From an uncultured archaeon (GTDB lineage Archaea; Thermoplasmatota; Thermoplasmata; Thermoplasmatales; Thermoplasmataceae), in assembly GCA_000965745.1 (NCBI GenBank), contig CP009479.1, positions 768,001-832,000 of the forward strand: a stretch of 64,000 nt of DNA, in the 5' to 3' direction. Below, piece by piece: positions 39,127-49,390 of this stretch (within the stretch, counting starts at the first letter, position 1; each line of letters starts with the position of its first letter). A model generated the notes under the pieces. It ran no database searches, was not told the origin of the DNA, and saw nothing but the letters and a program-made list of their open reading frames with translations. The position numbers and the translations under genes are program-made.

Positions 39127-40500
39127 TTAGAGGGAAGCCTTGATGGCTTTATCAAGTGCTTCTACTCCCATGTCTACCTGCTCCTCTGTAATAATGAGGG
39201 GCGGAATGAACCTTATTGCGCTAAGGCCAGTCGGAAGAACTATCATCCCATGCTCGAACGTGCTCTTTTCAACCTTATCCCTTAGTTTCGCATCGGGCTC
39301 CCTGGTATTCCTGTCCTTGACGAAATCGATTGCCTGCATTAGCCCAAGACCTCTGACATCTCCTATGGCGTCATACTTCTCCTGGAGCTCATGGAGCCTC
39401 TTGTTCAGGTGGTTGCCCTGCTTTGTGGAGTTCTCAAGGATGTGGTCCTTCTTCATCACTTCTATGGTTGCCACTGCCGAGGCTGAAGCAAGAAGGTTTC
39501 CTCCGAAGGTGTTGGAATGCCTTCCCTGTTCCGGGAAATCAAGCTTGGAATCCATAACTACCGCACCCATGGGCACACCGTTTGAGATTGCCTTTGCAAG
39601 GGTTATTATCTGAGGCTCTACACCGAAGTGCTCTGAAGCAAAGAATTTTCCAGTTCTCCCGAAACCGCTCTGGACCTCATCCATTACTACAAGCATTTCA
39701 TTCTCGTCTGCGAGCTGCCTCAATCTCTTGTGGAACGATTTGGGCGGAACTATGTATCCACCTTCGCCCTGTATGGGCTCTATGAAGAACGCAGCTGCAT
39801 TTTCCCTTGGAATATAGGTTTTCAGGACGTACCTGTCTATGAACTCAATGGTTCTGTTCACAAGCTCTTCCGGCTCTTCATAGCCGTCGATTCCAAACGG
39901 GTTCCTGAAAGGGTTGGGGTAAGGAACATGCTCAACACCGGGCATAGTCGGGAAGAATCCCTTCCTCTGCACCGGCTTAGAGGCTGTCAGGGAGAGGGCA
40001 CCGAGAGTCCTTCCATGAAATGCTCCAATGAATCCTATAAACTGCTGCTTCTTGGTGCTTGCTTTTGATATCTTTATGGCAGCCTCAATGCTTTCTGCCC
40101 CGCTGTTGGTGAAGAATGTCTTCTTGCTGAATTTCCCGGGAGTGACCTCAGCAAGTGCCTTGGCAGCATCCACCTGCTCTTTGTAGTAGAAATCTGTGCC
40201 TGCAAAATGCCAGAGCTTGTGGAGTTGTTCCTCAACCTTCTTGGCTACGTATGGATGCACATGACCAAGATTCGTCACTCCTATTCCACTGGCGAAATCG
40301 ATGAAAACGTTTCCGTCAACGTCTTCAATAAATACTCCCTGTCCTCGCTTGGCTACAATATTCATTGATTTGGTGCTTGTGGCAAGAAATTTAGTGTCTT
40401 CCTCAATAACCTTCTTGGCCTCCGGCCCTGGCAGTGATGTTTTAATCTCAATCTTTTCAAGCTTCTTCATGCCCTGGTTTAATTTCTCATCTGACATCAT
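39127..40500 (-). CDS. Class III PLP aminotransferase (ornithine/4-aminobutyrate type)
   Basis: NSGAES, FHGRT, EPIQGEGG, DEVQSGFGRTG, LAK, NTFGGN; start moved to MMSDEK (40500). Confidence 0.92.
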   Translation of the reverse strand: MMSDEKLNQGMKKLEKIEIKTSLPGPEAKKVIEEDTKFLATSTKSMNIVAKRGQGVFIEDVDGNVFIDFASGIGVTNLGHVHPYVAKKVEEQLHKLWHFAGTDFYYKEQVDAAKALAEVTPGKFSKKTFFTNSGAESIEAAIKISKASTKKQQFIGFIGAFHGRTLGALSLTASKPVQRKGFFPTMPGVEHVPYPNPFRNPFGIDGYEEPEELVNRTIEFIDRYVLKTYIPRENAAAFFIEPIQGEGGYIVPPKSFHKRLRQLADENEMLVVMDEVQSGFGRTGKFFASEHFGVEPQIITLAKAISNGVPMGAVVMDSKLDFPEQGRHSNTFGGNLLASASAVATIEVMKKDHILENSTKQGNHLNKRLHELQEKYDAIGDVRGLGLMQAIDFVKDRNTREPDAKLRDKVEKSTFEHGMIVLPTGLSAIRFIPPLIITEEQVDMGVEALDKAIKASL

Positions 40501-40680
40501 AAAACCACTGTAGATCATTTTGCGTAATAATATATATTTTATCAGATGAAAAACGAAAGGTATTTGCGATATTCGGATAGAGCACCTTATCACGTATTTT
40601 GAAATGTTTTTACCCTGATGCAATTCTGACCACAAATTCACTTTAACTAATTTTATTAGACTGAGCAACATTACGTTTCA

Positions 40681-41667
40681 ATGCCTGCAAACGTCAGCAT
40701 TCCCGCCCAGAAGGAGTTTTACAGGGACGAGATCACTGATCGGGAGTTTTACAGGAGACTGGCGAAGCAGGTAGACGATGAGAGTTTCAGAGACAATCTT
40801 GTAAAGCTTTCGGACGTGGAAGATAGGCACTCAGGATTCTGGAGAAAAAATCTCGAGAAAGCGGGCGTGGACGTCTCCAGAATAAAGTACAAGAAAGCCA
40901 GAGTTCTTTGGCTTCTTTTTCTGTCAAGGCTGATTGGCACATATCTTACAGTCAGGCTTCTTGAGCACGGGGAGATTAACACTGTAAAGGAGTATAGTGA
41001 ATTCATCAAGACCTCCAAGGGCACACCTGAATTCAGGGAGGACCTCCAGAAGATAATAAAGGAAGAGATAGAGCATGAAGAAGTCTTTGAGAACCAGATG
41101 GAGAAGAGCCAGGAACAGATTGAGAAGAACAGGGACATAATTTACGGTGTGAGCGACGGCCTTGTTGAAGTCCTTGGCGCTGTAGCAGGACTTGCCGCGA
41201 TCATAACAAATCACATTTATATAGCTCTTGGAGGCATACTGGTCGGGCTCAGCGGTACAATAAGCATGAGCCTTGGCGCGTATCTTGCCAAGAACTCGGA
41301 AACCGAGTTCAGGATTAACGAGGAGAGGAAAAGGGAACTGCTTGGCTTCGAGTCTGATGAGGAGAGGATAGAGAAGTACTCTAAGCAGTCGAAGAAATCC
41401 GCTGCCAGCGTTGGAGGGTCATATATAATCGGGGCGGTAGTCCCCATCCTGCCGTTTGTATTCTTCCCGCCGATCACAGGGCTAATCATATCCGTCGTTC
41501 TTGTGGCAATAAGCCAGGCCATCACCAACGCACTTGTCGCACTTTCCATGAATATAGGGATTCTCAGGAGCTCTCTTAAGGCATCTCTCCTGTCGCTTTC
41601 TGCTGCAGCCGCGGTGTTTGCGCTTGGAGAGCTCTTCCACATTGTGTTTGGCATAACTCTGCTGTGA
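40681..41667 (+). CDS. Ferritin/rubrerythrin-like domain fused to VIT1/CCC1 transporter (MbfA-like)
   Basis: Di-iron ExxH pairs (EDRH, EIEH) in the N-half; RDIIYGVSDGL, SM.LGAYL and GAVVPILPF in the VIT1 half. Confidence 0.88.
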   Translation: MPANVSIPAQKEFYRDEITDREFYRRLAKQVDDESFRDNLVKLSDVEDRHSGFWRKNLEKAGVDVSRIKYKKARVLWLLFLSRLIGTYLTVRLLEHGEINTVKEYSEFIKTSKGTPEFREDLQKIIKEEIEHEEVFENQMEKSQEQIEKNRDIIYGVSDGLVEVLGAVAGLAAIITNHIYIALGGILVGLSGTISMSLGAYLAKNSETEFRINEERKRELLGFESDEERIEKYSKQSKKSAASVGGSYIIGAVVPILPFVFFPPITGLIISVVLVAISQAITNALVALSMNIGILRSSLKASLLSLSAAAAVFALGELFHIVFGITLL

Positions 41668-41731
41668 TCTCTTCGATCCATGCTGCCAGGCTGGAGCCAA
41701 TATATTTAATAAAGTGGCTCATAGCAACTCA

Positions 41732-42511
41732 ATGGAGGCATCGATCAGCGTCCGGGGCCTGTACAAGAAATACGTGGATAATTATGCGCTGAACGACCTA
41801 AATCTTGATGTGGAGCCGGGAAAGATCTTCGGGGTACTCGGCCCAAACGGTTCCGGGAAAACGACACTTCTCAAGATCATATCTGCACTGCTTGAAAGGA
41901 CTTCAGGGAGCGTAAGTGTCAGGGGACTTGACCCGTCAAAGCATAAGGATCAGGTCAAGAAGCTTGTCGGCTATGTTCCCGAGGTCCCAACCATGTATGA
42001 GTCACTATCACCCGGTGAATTCTTCTCTTTTGTGGCAACTGTTCGCAATATCGAGGAATCCCTCGTGGAAGAAAGAATAAACAGCATGGTCAGAGCACTT
42101 GGAATTTCGGACTCCATTGACAGCTTCATAGGATCCCTCTCATTCGGCACGAGGCAGAAGGTTGCCATAATTGCGTCACTGCTGCACGATCCCGAAATCA
42201 TAGTGATGGACGAAGGGATGAACGGTCTCGATCCACGGTCTGCCAAAATACTGAAGGAACTTATGAGAAGCTTTGCAGAGAGGGGCAAGACCGTGATTTT
42301 CTCAACACATATAATGGACGTTGCTGAAAGTGTCTGCGACACAGTTGCGATATTGTACAAGGGAAGGATAGTGAGCACCGGGACCATGGATAAACTCAAG
42401 GAGAGATCAGGAAAGAGCAGTTCAAATCTTGAGGAAATTTTCCTTAAGCTGACAGGAAACGAAGATCTTGATCCGCTTATTCACTCTCTTAAGGAATCGT
42501 TCAGGTCATGA
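41732..42511 (+). CDS. ABC-2 type exporter ATP-binding protein
   Basis: GPNGSGKTT, LSFGTRQK, IVMDE..NGLDP, STH. Confidence 0.93.
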   Translation: MEASISVRGLYKKYVDNYALNDLNLDVEPGKIFGVLGPNGSGKTTLLKIISALLERTSGSVSVRGLDPSKHKDQVKKLVGYVPEVPTMYESLSPGEFFSFVATVRNIEESLVEERINSMVRALGISDSIDSFIGSLSFGTRQKVAIIASLLHDPEIIVMDEGMNGLDPRSAKILKELMRSFAERGKTVIFSTHIMDVAESVCDTVAILYKGRIVSTGTMDKLKERSGKSSSNLEEIFLKLTGNEDLDPLIHSLKESFRS

Positions 42512-44121
42512 ACTCGTCTGTCTTATTCCTTGCAAGAATGCTCATGATCGAGCAGCGCTATCAGGCCATAAAAAAATCTCCAAAATACACATCAGAGGTT
42601 GACCAGAAGACAACCAGGAAAAAACTTGGAAACTTCCTCAAGGTGTCCTACGCAGCAAATTCAATCTCTTTTGCAGTGTTCTCATTCCTTCTTATAACTC
42701 CATACATTTTCACTGGCGGTGATGCTGGACGGATCACTAACATTGGTTTCATTGTGTACATTTACGCTCTGATAATAAGCATCTACAGTTCCGCCCTGTT
42801 TTTCAACTCTTTGGGCACCATGAATCTTCTTGGCCCCGTTTCACCGCTACCATATGAAGGGAGAAAGAAGGCGGTGATGTTTTCATGGTTCATATACAAC
42901 GGGTCAAGTGCTATCTTTGCCGTCCTTCCAGCTGTTGTCTGGATAGCATGGTCTACAGGAAACCCTGCGGTGCTATTCTTCGGGATAATTTGGGGTATTC
43001 TTCTAATCATGGCAGGATTCACGATCGGCTCCCTCATAAACGCTTTCATATCAGGAAACGGAAGGGGGGAAAAAGCAGGATTCATGAGCACAATGAAGAG
43101 CACGATCAGGGTTATTATAATCCTCTTTGTGTTCGCTATTTTCGAAATCGGCATATATCTCCCCGGACTGATACCGAATTTCATTCCAGGGATCGCATTT
43201 CCTCTGAACAGGTTCCTGCCTCTGGTTAACATTCCTTATGTTGTTTTTCTGGGAAATCAGACCCTCCATGGACTTGTTACTGATGCAGCTTCATCAATCC
43301 TTTACCTTGCAGCATTCTCCATCTTAGCAGTTGCCACCAACTCCTTTGCCGTTGAAAGGTCCGTTCTTCTCGGGAAATCTGAAGAGATTTTCAGGCCTGA
43401 AAAGTTTGTGAATTACAGGAGGGGAAGCCTTCCAGCATCACTTATAATGAAGGAGGTCAGGATCGTGGCAAGAAAATCCCAGAACGTCATACTCCTCTTC
43501 ATTCCAGTCATATTCGTGTTTCCGACAATACTCTCAGTTCTCGTATATGGCAGTGAAGGAGGGATAGGAAACCTGGGCACATATTTCTCCCTGATATCAA
43601 TCCTGGTAATATGCTCCAGCTTCTACTCACTCATATTAATGGTTTCCGAAGGAAGTGGAATTGAGACACTTTTCTCGCTTCCCATCTCAGTCAAGGACAT
43701 AATATATTCAAAATCGGCTTTTGGACTTCTTGTATTCTCCATCATAATAATTCCCGTATCACTTCTCATAATAGGCGGCAATTACGGCACATCCACGTAT
43801 GATATTCTCGTTCCAGCCAATCTTATACTTGGCTTCTCATTCTCCTCGATTTTCAACATCAGGAGGCTATTGTTGCGCCTGCCTGCCGAGTCAACAAACG
43901 TCAATTTCTACTCCTTCGGTGGTGGATTGTTCATAGCTGCGATGTTTGTGGTTACCGCCGCAATAGTTCTCATTCCGGTCATTTTATCGGTGTTATTCAC
44001 AATAGCGCTGACAGGCTCGCTTCAGTCAAACCCCTATATCTTCTACCTTCTGGACAGTTCCCTGAATTTTGCAGCATTGCTTGGAGTCATATTCATGACC
44101 GGAAATACAGTTAAGACATGA
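42508..44121 (+). CDS. ABC exporter permease
   Basis: Many TM segments in two halves, LIMKEVR and SEG..IETLFSLP motifs; ATGA overlap with the ATPase. Confidence 0.82.
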   Translation: MNSSVLFLARMLMIEQRYQAIKKSPKYTSEVDQKTTRKKLGNFLKVSYAANSISFAVFSFLLITPYIFTGGDAGRITNIGFIVYIYALIISIYSSALFFNSLGTMNLLGPVSPLPYEGRKKAVMFSWFIYNGSSAIFAVLPAVVWIAWSTGNPAVLFFGIIWGILLIMAGFTIGSLINAFISGNGRGEKAGFMSTMKSTIRVIIILFVFAIFEIGIYLPGLIPNFIPGIAFPLNRFLPLVNIPYVVFLGNQTLHGLVTDAASSILYLAAFSILAVATNSFAVERSVLLGKSEEIFRPEKFVNYRRGSLPASLIMKEVRIVARKSQNVILLFIPVIFVFPTILSVLVYGSEGGIGNLGTYFSLISILVICSSFYSLILMVSEGSGIETLFSLPISVKDIIYSKSAFGLLVFSIIIIPVSLLIIGGNYGTSTYDILVPANLILGFSFSSIFNIRRLLLRLPAESTNVNFYSFGGGLFIAAMFVVTAAIVLIPVILSVLFTIALTGSLQSNPYIFYLLDSSLNFAALLGVIFMTGNTVKT

Positions 44122-44232
44122 ATCATTCTCCCTCATGAAGAGAAATATTCATGAAGCAGGAGGAAATTCCACTCGAAAAAATAGTAAAAATTATAAATAT
44201 TTTTTAAATCAGCCAAGGCTAAGTGATTACAA

Positions 44233-44685
44233 ATGGTAGATGTTAAAAAAGTCCCAGCCCAATTACTACTTAAGAATCTTGCAAAAAAATTCCAGGACGA
44301 CAAAAGGGTAAAAGCTGAGGAATGGATGAAATTCGCTAAGGCAGGGATACACAAAGAGAAAGCATGGGAACAGGATGACTGGTTTTACACAAGGCTGGCA
44401 TCAACACTGAGAAGGGTGTACCTGATTGGCCCAATAGGATCTTCTAGGTTGAGTGAATACTACGGGGGCCGGGTTGATAACGGATCTCAGGGATATCATC
44501 CCGCAAAAGGAAGCCGATCCATCGTAAGGCACACACTTATGACCCTTGAAAAACTGGGTTATGTCAAGAAAGACAAGAATGGGAGATCTGTCTCTCCACA
44601 GGGGCAGTCATTGCTTGACCAGGCATCAAAGGAAGTAATGAAGGAACTTGTGGAAAAGGACAAATCTCTTGAAAAGCTACTGTAA
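44233..44685 (+). CDS. rps19e: 30S ribosomal protein S19e
   Basis: W..FAKAG.HKE, DWFYTR.AS.LRRVY..GPIG, LEKLG, GR.VSPQGQSLLD. Confidence 0.96.
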   Translation: MVDVKKVPAQLLLKNLAKKFQDDKRVKAEEWMKFAKAGIHKEKAWEQDDWFYTRLASTLRRVYLIGPIGSSRLSEYYGGRVDNGSQGYHPAKGSRSIVRHTLMTLEKLGYVKKDKNGRSVSPQGQSLLDQASKEVMKELVEKDKSLEKLL

Positions 44686-44695
44686 GTGATAGATC

Positions 44696-45043
44696 ATGGA
44701 AGATGATGAGGAACTAAGAGAACTGCGAAAAAGAAAGATGCAGGAAATGCAGCGTTCGGCCGAGGATCAGAGGGCATCCGAGGAGCAGCAGCAGGCCCAG
44801 GAGGAAGAACGAGCAAGGAAGCAGCAGATTCTCAGGCAGATCCTCGACCCACAGGCTCGCGAGAGGCTGGCAAATGTGAGGCTAGTAAGACCTGATCTTG
44901 CAGAAAACGTGGAGAACCAGCTAATACAGCTGGCCAGCATGGGCAGAATCAACAGAGTTCTTACAGAGAAAGAGATAAAGGACATACTGTCCAGAATGAC
45001 AGAAGGCAAAAGAGATATTAAAATTGAGAGGAGAAGCAAATGA
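44696..45043 (+). CDS. PDCD5-like dsDNA-binding protein
   Basis: [15 protein letters not shown]...[27 protein letters not shown]. Confidence 0.93.
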   Translation: MEDDEELRELRKRKMQEMQRSAEDQRASEEQQQAQEEERARKQQILRQILDPQARERLANVRLVRPDLAENVENQLIQLASMGRINRVLTEKEIKDILSRMTEGKRDIKIERRSK

Positions 45044-45195
45044 GCAGAAACAAGGAACTGGGAAGGAAAATAAGACTATTGAACAGAGTTAAGGCTAACA
45101 GAAGGGTTCCAGGCTGGGTTATGATGAAGACAGACAGAAAAGTTACCCAGAACCCTAAGAGAAGAAACTGGAGAAGAAACAACCTCAAGTTGTGA
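45040..45195 (+). CDS. rpl39e: 50S ribosomal protein L39e (missed by ORF track)
   Basis: Manual translation [51 protein letters not shown] (51 aa); ATGA overlap; canonical position. Confidence 0.96.
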   Translation: MSRNKELGRKIRLLNRVKANRRVPGWVMMKTDRKVTQNPKRRNWRRNNLKL

Positions 45196-45201
45196 TCATA
45201 C

Positions 45202-45471
45202 ATGGTTGAAAATCAGGTAAGTAACGAAATCCTTCTCAACATACCGCTGAGGAAGGCAAAGCTCTCCTCGAGAAAGAGAAGGGCCGACAGCGTAATGGCC
45301 ATAATTAAGGAATATGTTGCAAGATTCACGAAATCAGAAACCGATAAAATATGGATCGATACTAAGGTTAATGAAGCCGTTTGGAGTCGTGGAAGGACAA
45401 AGATCCCTTCTTACATTCAGGTGAAGGTTATCAAACTACAGGAAGGGACGACAGAAGTCATTCTGCCTTAG
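45202..45471 (+). CDS. rpl31e: 50S ribosomal protein L31e
   Basis: IPLR...RKRRA, IWID..VNEAVWSRG..KIP..IQVKV. Confidence 0.93.
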   Translation: MVENQVSNEILLNIPLRKAKLSSRKRRADSVMAIIKEYVARFTKSETDKIWIDTKVNEAVWSRGRTKIPSYIQVKVIKLQEGTTEVILP

Positions 45472-45475
45472 TTTT

Positions 45476-46129
45476 ATGATCAAAAAAATTTCTATCCTTA
45501 AAAGCAACTATATTGGTGTTTATGCTAGGGCATGGGAGGATATCGCAATCGTCCCCCTGACAATTGAAGATGAAGTTGTTTCAGATTTTGAGGAAGTTCT
45601 GGGTGTGGAAGTAAAAAAGACACTGGTCAACAACTCAAACCTCATCGGCTCCATGACGGTCATGAATTCAAACGGCATCATTGTGGCCCAGAACGGCTGG
45701 GAAGGAGGGTTTGAAGTTGAGATGCCCGGGAGAAACACACTTTATCTAAAAGATAAATTCAATGCTGTCGGAAACGACATAATTGCCAACAATCACGCAG
45801 CACTAATTCATACCGGTTTCAACAACACTTCCAGAAAGAAGATCGAGGATACACTTGGTGTAGAGGTTCTGAAAGGGACTATAGGCGGAATAAAGACTGT
45901 TGGGAGCGTTGGTGTGGTTACACAGAAAGGGATGCTTGTTGCACCGGAGGCTTCAGAAGAGGAGCAGGAATTTCTTTCAAAACTTTTCAAAGTGCCAGTC
46001 AAGGCAGGAACAGCGAATTTTGGGAATATGTACATCGGGTCTTCAATAATAGCCAATTCAAAAGGCGTGCTTGTAGGGAAGGACACAACGCCGATTGAAC
46101 TGGGAAGAATCGACGATATTTTTTCCTGA
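45476..46129 (+). CDS. eif6: Translation initiation factor 6 (aIF6)
   Basis: IGVY, LIGS...NSNG, GNDIIAN, GTANFG...GS.IIANSKG..VG..TT.IEL.RI. Confidence 0.95.
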   Translation: MIKKISILKSNYIGVYARAWEDIAIVPLTIEDEVVSDFEEVLGVEVKKTLVNNSNLIGSMTVMNSNGIIVAQNGWEGGFEVEMPGRNTLYLKDKFNAVGNDIIANNHAALIHTGFNNTSRKKIEDTLGVEVLKGTIGGIKTVGSVGVVTQKGMLVAPEASEEEQEFLSKLFKVPVKAGTANFGNMYIGSSIIANSKGVLVGKDTTPIELGRIDDIFS

Positions 46130-46633
46130 CTACTTCCCCTTCACGTCAGATATTTTCACGACTGACACTAGTTCGATGCCGTTCTCCTTGAGCATCTCCT
46201 TTCCTCCCTCTTCACGGTCAACAACAACTATTGCCCTTTTCACTACTCCCCCATTGTCCCTGATTAACTGCGCGGCCTTAAGGAGGGACCCGCCGGTGGT
46301 CACAACATCCTCAATAAGCTCAATCTCCTCGCCTTCGCGTAGGTGGCCTATGATGAGCTTCTTTGTTCCATGGCTTCTCTCTTTTCTCAGCACCAGGTAA
46401 GGTATCTTCATCATGACTGCGGTTGCTACTGTTATGGGCACTGCACCGAGCTCCATTCCCGCTATCTTTTGCGCACTCACCTTTGAGGCAAGCTCTGATG
46501 CGATCTCCTCAAGCGTCGCAGGATCGGTTGCAGCATCCTTTATGTCCACGTAATAATTGGATTTCTTTCCGGAAGTGAGTACAAAATCGCCGAATTTAAT
46601 GGCTCCAGCTTCTACAAGTCTGTCTTTCAGCAT
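46130..46633 (-). CDS. pyrE: Orotate phosphoribosyltransferase
   Basis: FGDFVLTSGKKSNYYVD, ELGAVP, PRPP motif IEDVVTTGGS. Confidence 0.95.
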   Translation of the reverse strand: MLKDRLVEAGAIKFGDFVLTSGKKSNYYVDIKDAATDPATLEEIASELASKVSAQKIAGMELGAVPITVATAVMMKIPYLVLRKERSHGTKKLIIGHLREGEEIELIEDVVTTGGSLLKAAQLIRDNGGVVKRAIVVVDREEGGKEMLKENGIELVSVVKISDVKGK

Positions 46634-46724
46634 TATTATCCTGTATCCTGATCGAATTAAAATTGATCTGTTAATCCTGTACCCTATCTGCCCAAGCGAA
46701 GCTTATATCAAGCCGAGGTGCCCT

Positions 46725-47367
46725 GTGAGAACAAAGGCTGGAAGGATCGCCCTATACGCTGACGGAGTCATGATTGGCTGGCACATGCTCCAGTCAAATA
46801 TGCTTTATACGAAGATCTTTGGCAGGAAGATTAGAATAATCTTCAGCCCTGCATTCGGAATCACTATCTTGTCTGGGCTCTAGACGGTTGCAAGCGGCTA
46901 ATGCCCTCATCTGTAATAACGAAGAATACAGGGTAATTGGCTGGGTCCCAGAGGTCGGGCATATGCCTGGGGTTATCAGAGCGAACGATAACAAGCTCAT
47001 AGCCAAACCCGATGGAAACAGGTCCATGGAAATTGATGATGAGGCAGACCCTGCACTGATTGCATTCTCATCAATGTCCATCTGCCTTTCAAGAATTTCG
47101 AGCTGCAAACCGACGAGCATCAATGTCGAAGCGATGATACGGTTGCCGGGCAAACGGAGGATGAAGTGGTTTCCTTTGTTGATCGGGATCAGCACCGTCC
47201 TCTTCTTCGGCTTGTTCCAGATATTCAACACTCTTCCATGGTCTAGTGCGCTTATCGCAGGATATGCCGCTTTTATGATTGGTGCAATGGCTTCCTTCAC
47301 GGTTTTAAATCTCTTCCACAAAACAACCGTCGTTTACAGCCTGAGGTGGCATCTTCTTGTTTCATGA
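46725..47367 (+). pseudogene. Probable frameshifted hypothetical membrane protein
   Basis: TTATA at about 46703, GAGGTG RBS and GTG 46725 open a frame that stops at 46883. The +1 frame continues to 47367 with two C-terminal TMs. Removing one G at TCTGGGCTC joins them. Confidence 0.45.
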
Positions 47368-47499
47368 AGCAAATGCTCAGCAACATTGTCCGACAACATG
47401 AAATAAGCTAAATTTCAATTTTTCTGACATCAAAAATATAAACAAATCTGAATTTGTTCGACAAGATTTAAATATTTATTAGGATTTTATAATTGACAT

Positions 47500-48648
47500 A
47501 TGGACGACATAGTTGACCTTTTATTCAAGTCTGCAACTTCAAATGCCCCCGATACGGGTGAGGAAGACAACGATTTCATGTTTGGACCCTCATCACCGGA
47601 GGATGCAGAAATAGCCAATGTTGCAAGACAACTCAGAGTCAGAATCAATATACTCGGATGCGGCGGGGCCGGATCAAATACAATAAGCAGGCTTTACAAG
47701 GAAAAGGTCAGCGGTGCGGACCTAATAGCCCTTAACACGGATGCATCACACCTTTATTACATCACTTCCCCGGCAAAACTGCTTATAGGGGAGCGAAGCA
47801 CACTTGGCAGAGGGACAGGTGCCCAGCCGATGCTGGGTGAGCAAGCAGCCCTCGAGGACATTTCCAAGATACAGAAGATGGTTCAGAAATCTGATATATG
47901 TTTCATCACCTGCGGTCTTGGAGGAGGTACGGGAACGGGCTCTGCCCCGATCATTGCAAAGGCTGCCAAGGAAGCAGGCTCATTAGTGATATCAGTAGTT
48001 ACTCTCCCTTTCACGGCAGAAGGTCCGGTAAGGATGAACAACGCAATTCTCGGGCTGGAAAAGCTGTCGCAGTACTCAGACACAGTTATTGCCATACCAA
48101 ATGACAAACTCCTGCAGGCTGTACCGAAAAAGCCGCTCGAAGAGGCCTTTGAATACGCAGATTCAGTACTTTCCGAAGCAATCAAGGGAATTACAGAGAT
48201 GATCACCAAGACCGGCCTCATAAACCTGGATTATGCTGACATAAAGACAATCATGAAGGATGGTGGTGTTGCAATGATAGGCATGGGGGAATCTGCCGGA
48301 GGCAATGACCGCGTTCTTTTTTCATTGGACGACGCTATATCATCTCCTCTGGTAGAAGCGGACATAAGCCAGGCGAAAAACTGCCTTATACGCGTCATAG
48401 GGGGGCCAAACATGACCGTCAGTGAAGCGGAGAAGGCAATGAGTGAGATCCAGAAACGTATCGACAAGGATGCAAGGATAATCTGGGGAGCCTCTATAGA
48501 TCAGAGCTATGGAGACAAGATAAAGGTTCTCATCCTCCTTACAGGAGTAAGATCACCCTACATGTTGTCAGGCAGGAACGATGCAAGACGCCTCGGGAAG
48601 ATGATGGGAGGTTATGTCGACGATATTGGGATCGACATGATATCCTGA
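47500..48648 (+). CDS. ftsZ: Cell division protein FtsZ
   Basis: GCGGAGSN, NTD, GLGGGTGTGSAP, PFTAEG, INLDYAD, IIWGA. Confidence 0.97.
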   Translation: MDDIVDLLFKSATSNAPDTGEEDNDFMFGPSSPEDAEIANVARQLRVRINILGCGGAGSNTISRLYKEKVSGADLIALNTDASHLYYITSPAKLLIGERSTLGRGTGAQPMLGEQAALEDISKIQKMVQKSDICFITCGLGGGTGTGSAPIIAKAAKEAGSLVISVVTLPFTAEGPVRMNNAILGLEKLSQYSDTVIAIPNDKLLQAVPKKPLEEAFEYADSVLSEAIKGITEMITKTGLINLDYADIKTIMKDGGVAMIGMGESAGGNDRVLFSLDDAISSPLVEADISQAKNCLIRVIGGPNMTVSEAEKAMSEIQKRIDKDARIIWGASIDQSYGDKIKVLILLTGVRSPYMLSGRNDARRLGKMMGGYVDDIGIDMIS

Positions 48649-48718
48649 TGCCCTCCCATTTGAATGTGATGCAACTGCAACATCAAACAATTTTTAGCAA
48701 CATCAGCAATCATAGGTT

Positions 48719-49372
48719 GTGACTCAGGAATCAAGGCTCATTCTGGCCCTCGATGTTTACGGTGTTGAGAAAGCTGAGGATATAGCAAAACAGGCCGAGG
48801 GCAGGGTAAGGGCAATTAAAATAAACTGGCCCCTGGTCATGACATCGGGAATCGGCGTCGTCCAAAGGCTGTCAAGATATGCTGAGGTTCTATGCGACCT
48901 CAAGATCGCTGACATACCGAACACGAACAGGCTCATAACACAGAAAGTCAATGAAATGGGGGCATGGGGGATCATAACACACATTTTCACGGGTTCGGAT
49001 TCCCTGAAGGCGGTTAAGGAGGCTTCCGGCGAAATGAAAGTATTCGGTGTTGTAGCCATGTCTCACCCGGGAGCATCAGAATTTATGCTTGGTTTCAGGG
49101 ATCGACTGCTGGCGCTTGCGAAGGAAGCCGGATTATTTGGGATAATTGCACCCGGGAACAACTACGAGGTCACAAAGGAATTAAGGTCCAGGGCAGGAAC
49201 CCTGAAGATAGCATCTCCGGGTGTAGGGGCCCAGGGAGGCAGTGCTTCGGATGCTATTTTGAGCGGTGCAGACTATATAATTTCGGGCAGAAGCATCTAC
49301 GAATCTGACAATCCATCAGTAGAGATGGACCTGATTAATGAAGAAATCAAACAAGCGATCGGATTGAAATAA
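48719..49372 (+). CDS. pyrF: Orotidine-5'-phosphate decarboxylase
   Basis: LILALD, DLKIADIPNT, MSHPG, SPGVGAQGG, GRSIY. Confidence 0.96.
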   Translation: MTQESRLILALDVYGVEKAEDIAKQAEGRVRAIKINWPLVMTSGIGVVQRLSRYAEVLCDLKIADIPNTNRLITQKVNEMGAWGIITHIFTGSDSLKAVKEASGEMKVFGVVAMSHPGASEFMLGFRDRLLALAKEAGLFGIIAPGNNYEVTKELRSRAGTLKIASPGVGAQGGSASDAILSGADYIISGRSIYESDNPSVEMDLINEEIKQAIGLK

Positions 49373-49390
49373 TAGTGACCGCTAGTATGC

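Noticed and set aside
39007-39285. 92-aa + strand ORF
   Set aside because: Overlaps the aminotransferase 3' end and terminator; no motif
40501-40671. Upstream extension of the aminotransferase ORF
   Set aside because: Runs through the AT-rich divergent promoter; no family similarity
44117-44156. Three CATGAA copies / TCATGAA inverted repeat upstream of rps19e
   Set aside because: Short, partly within a stop-codon context, and compatible with chance
46794-47321. 175-aa minus-strand ORF
   Set aside because: No RBS, promoter or motif; the + strand split ORF has better signals
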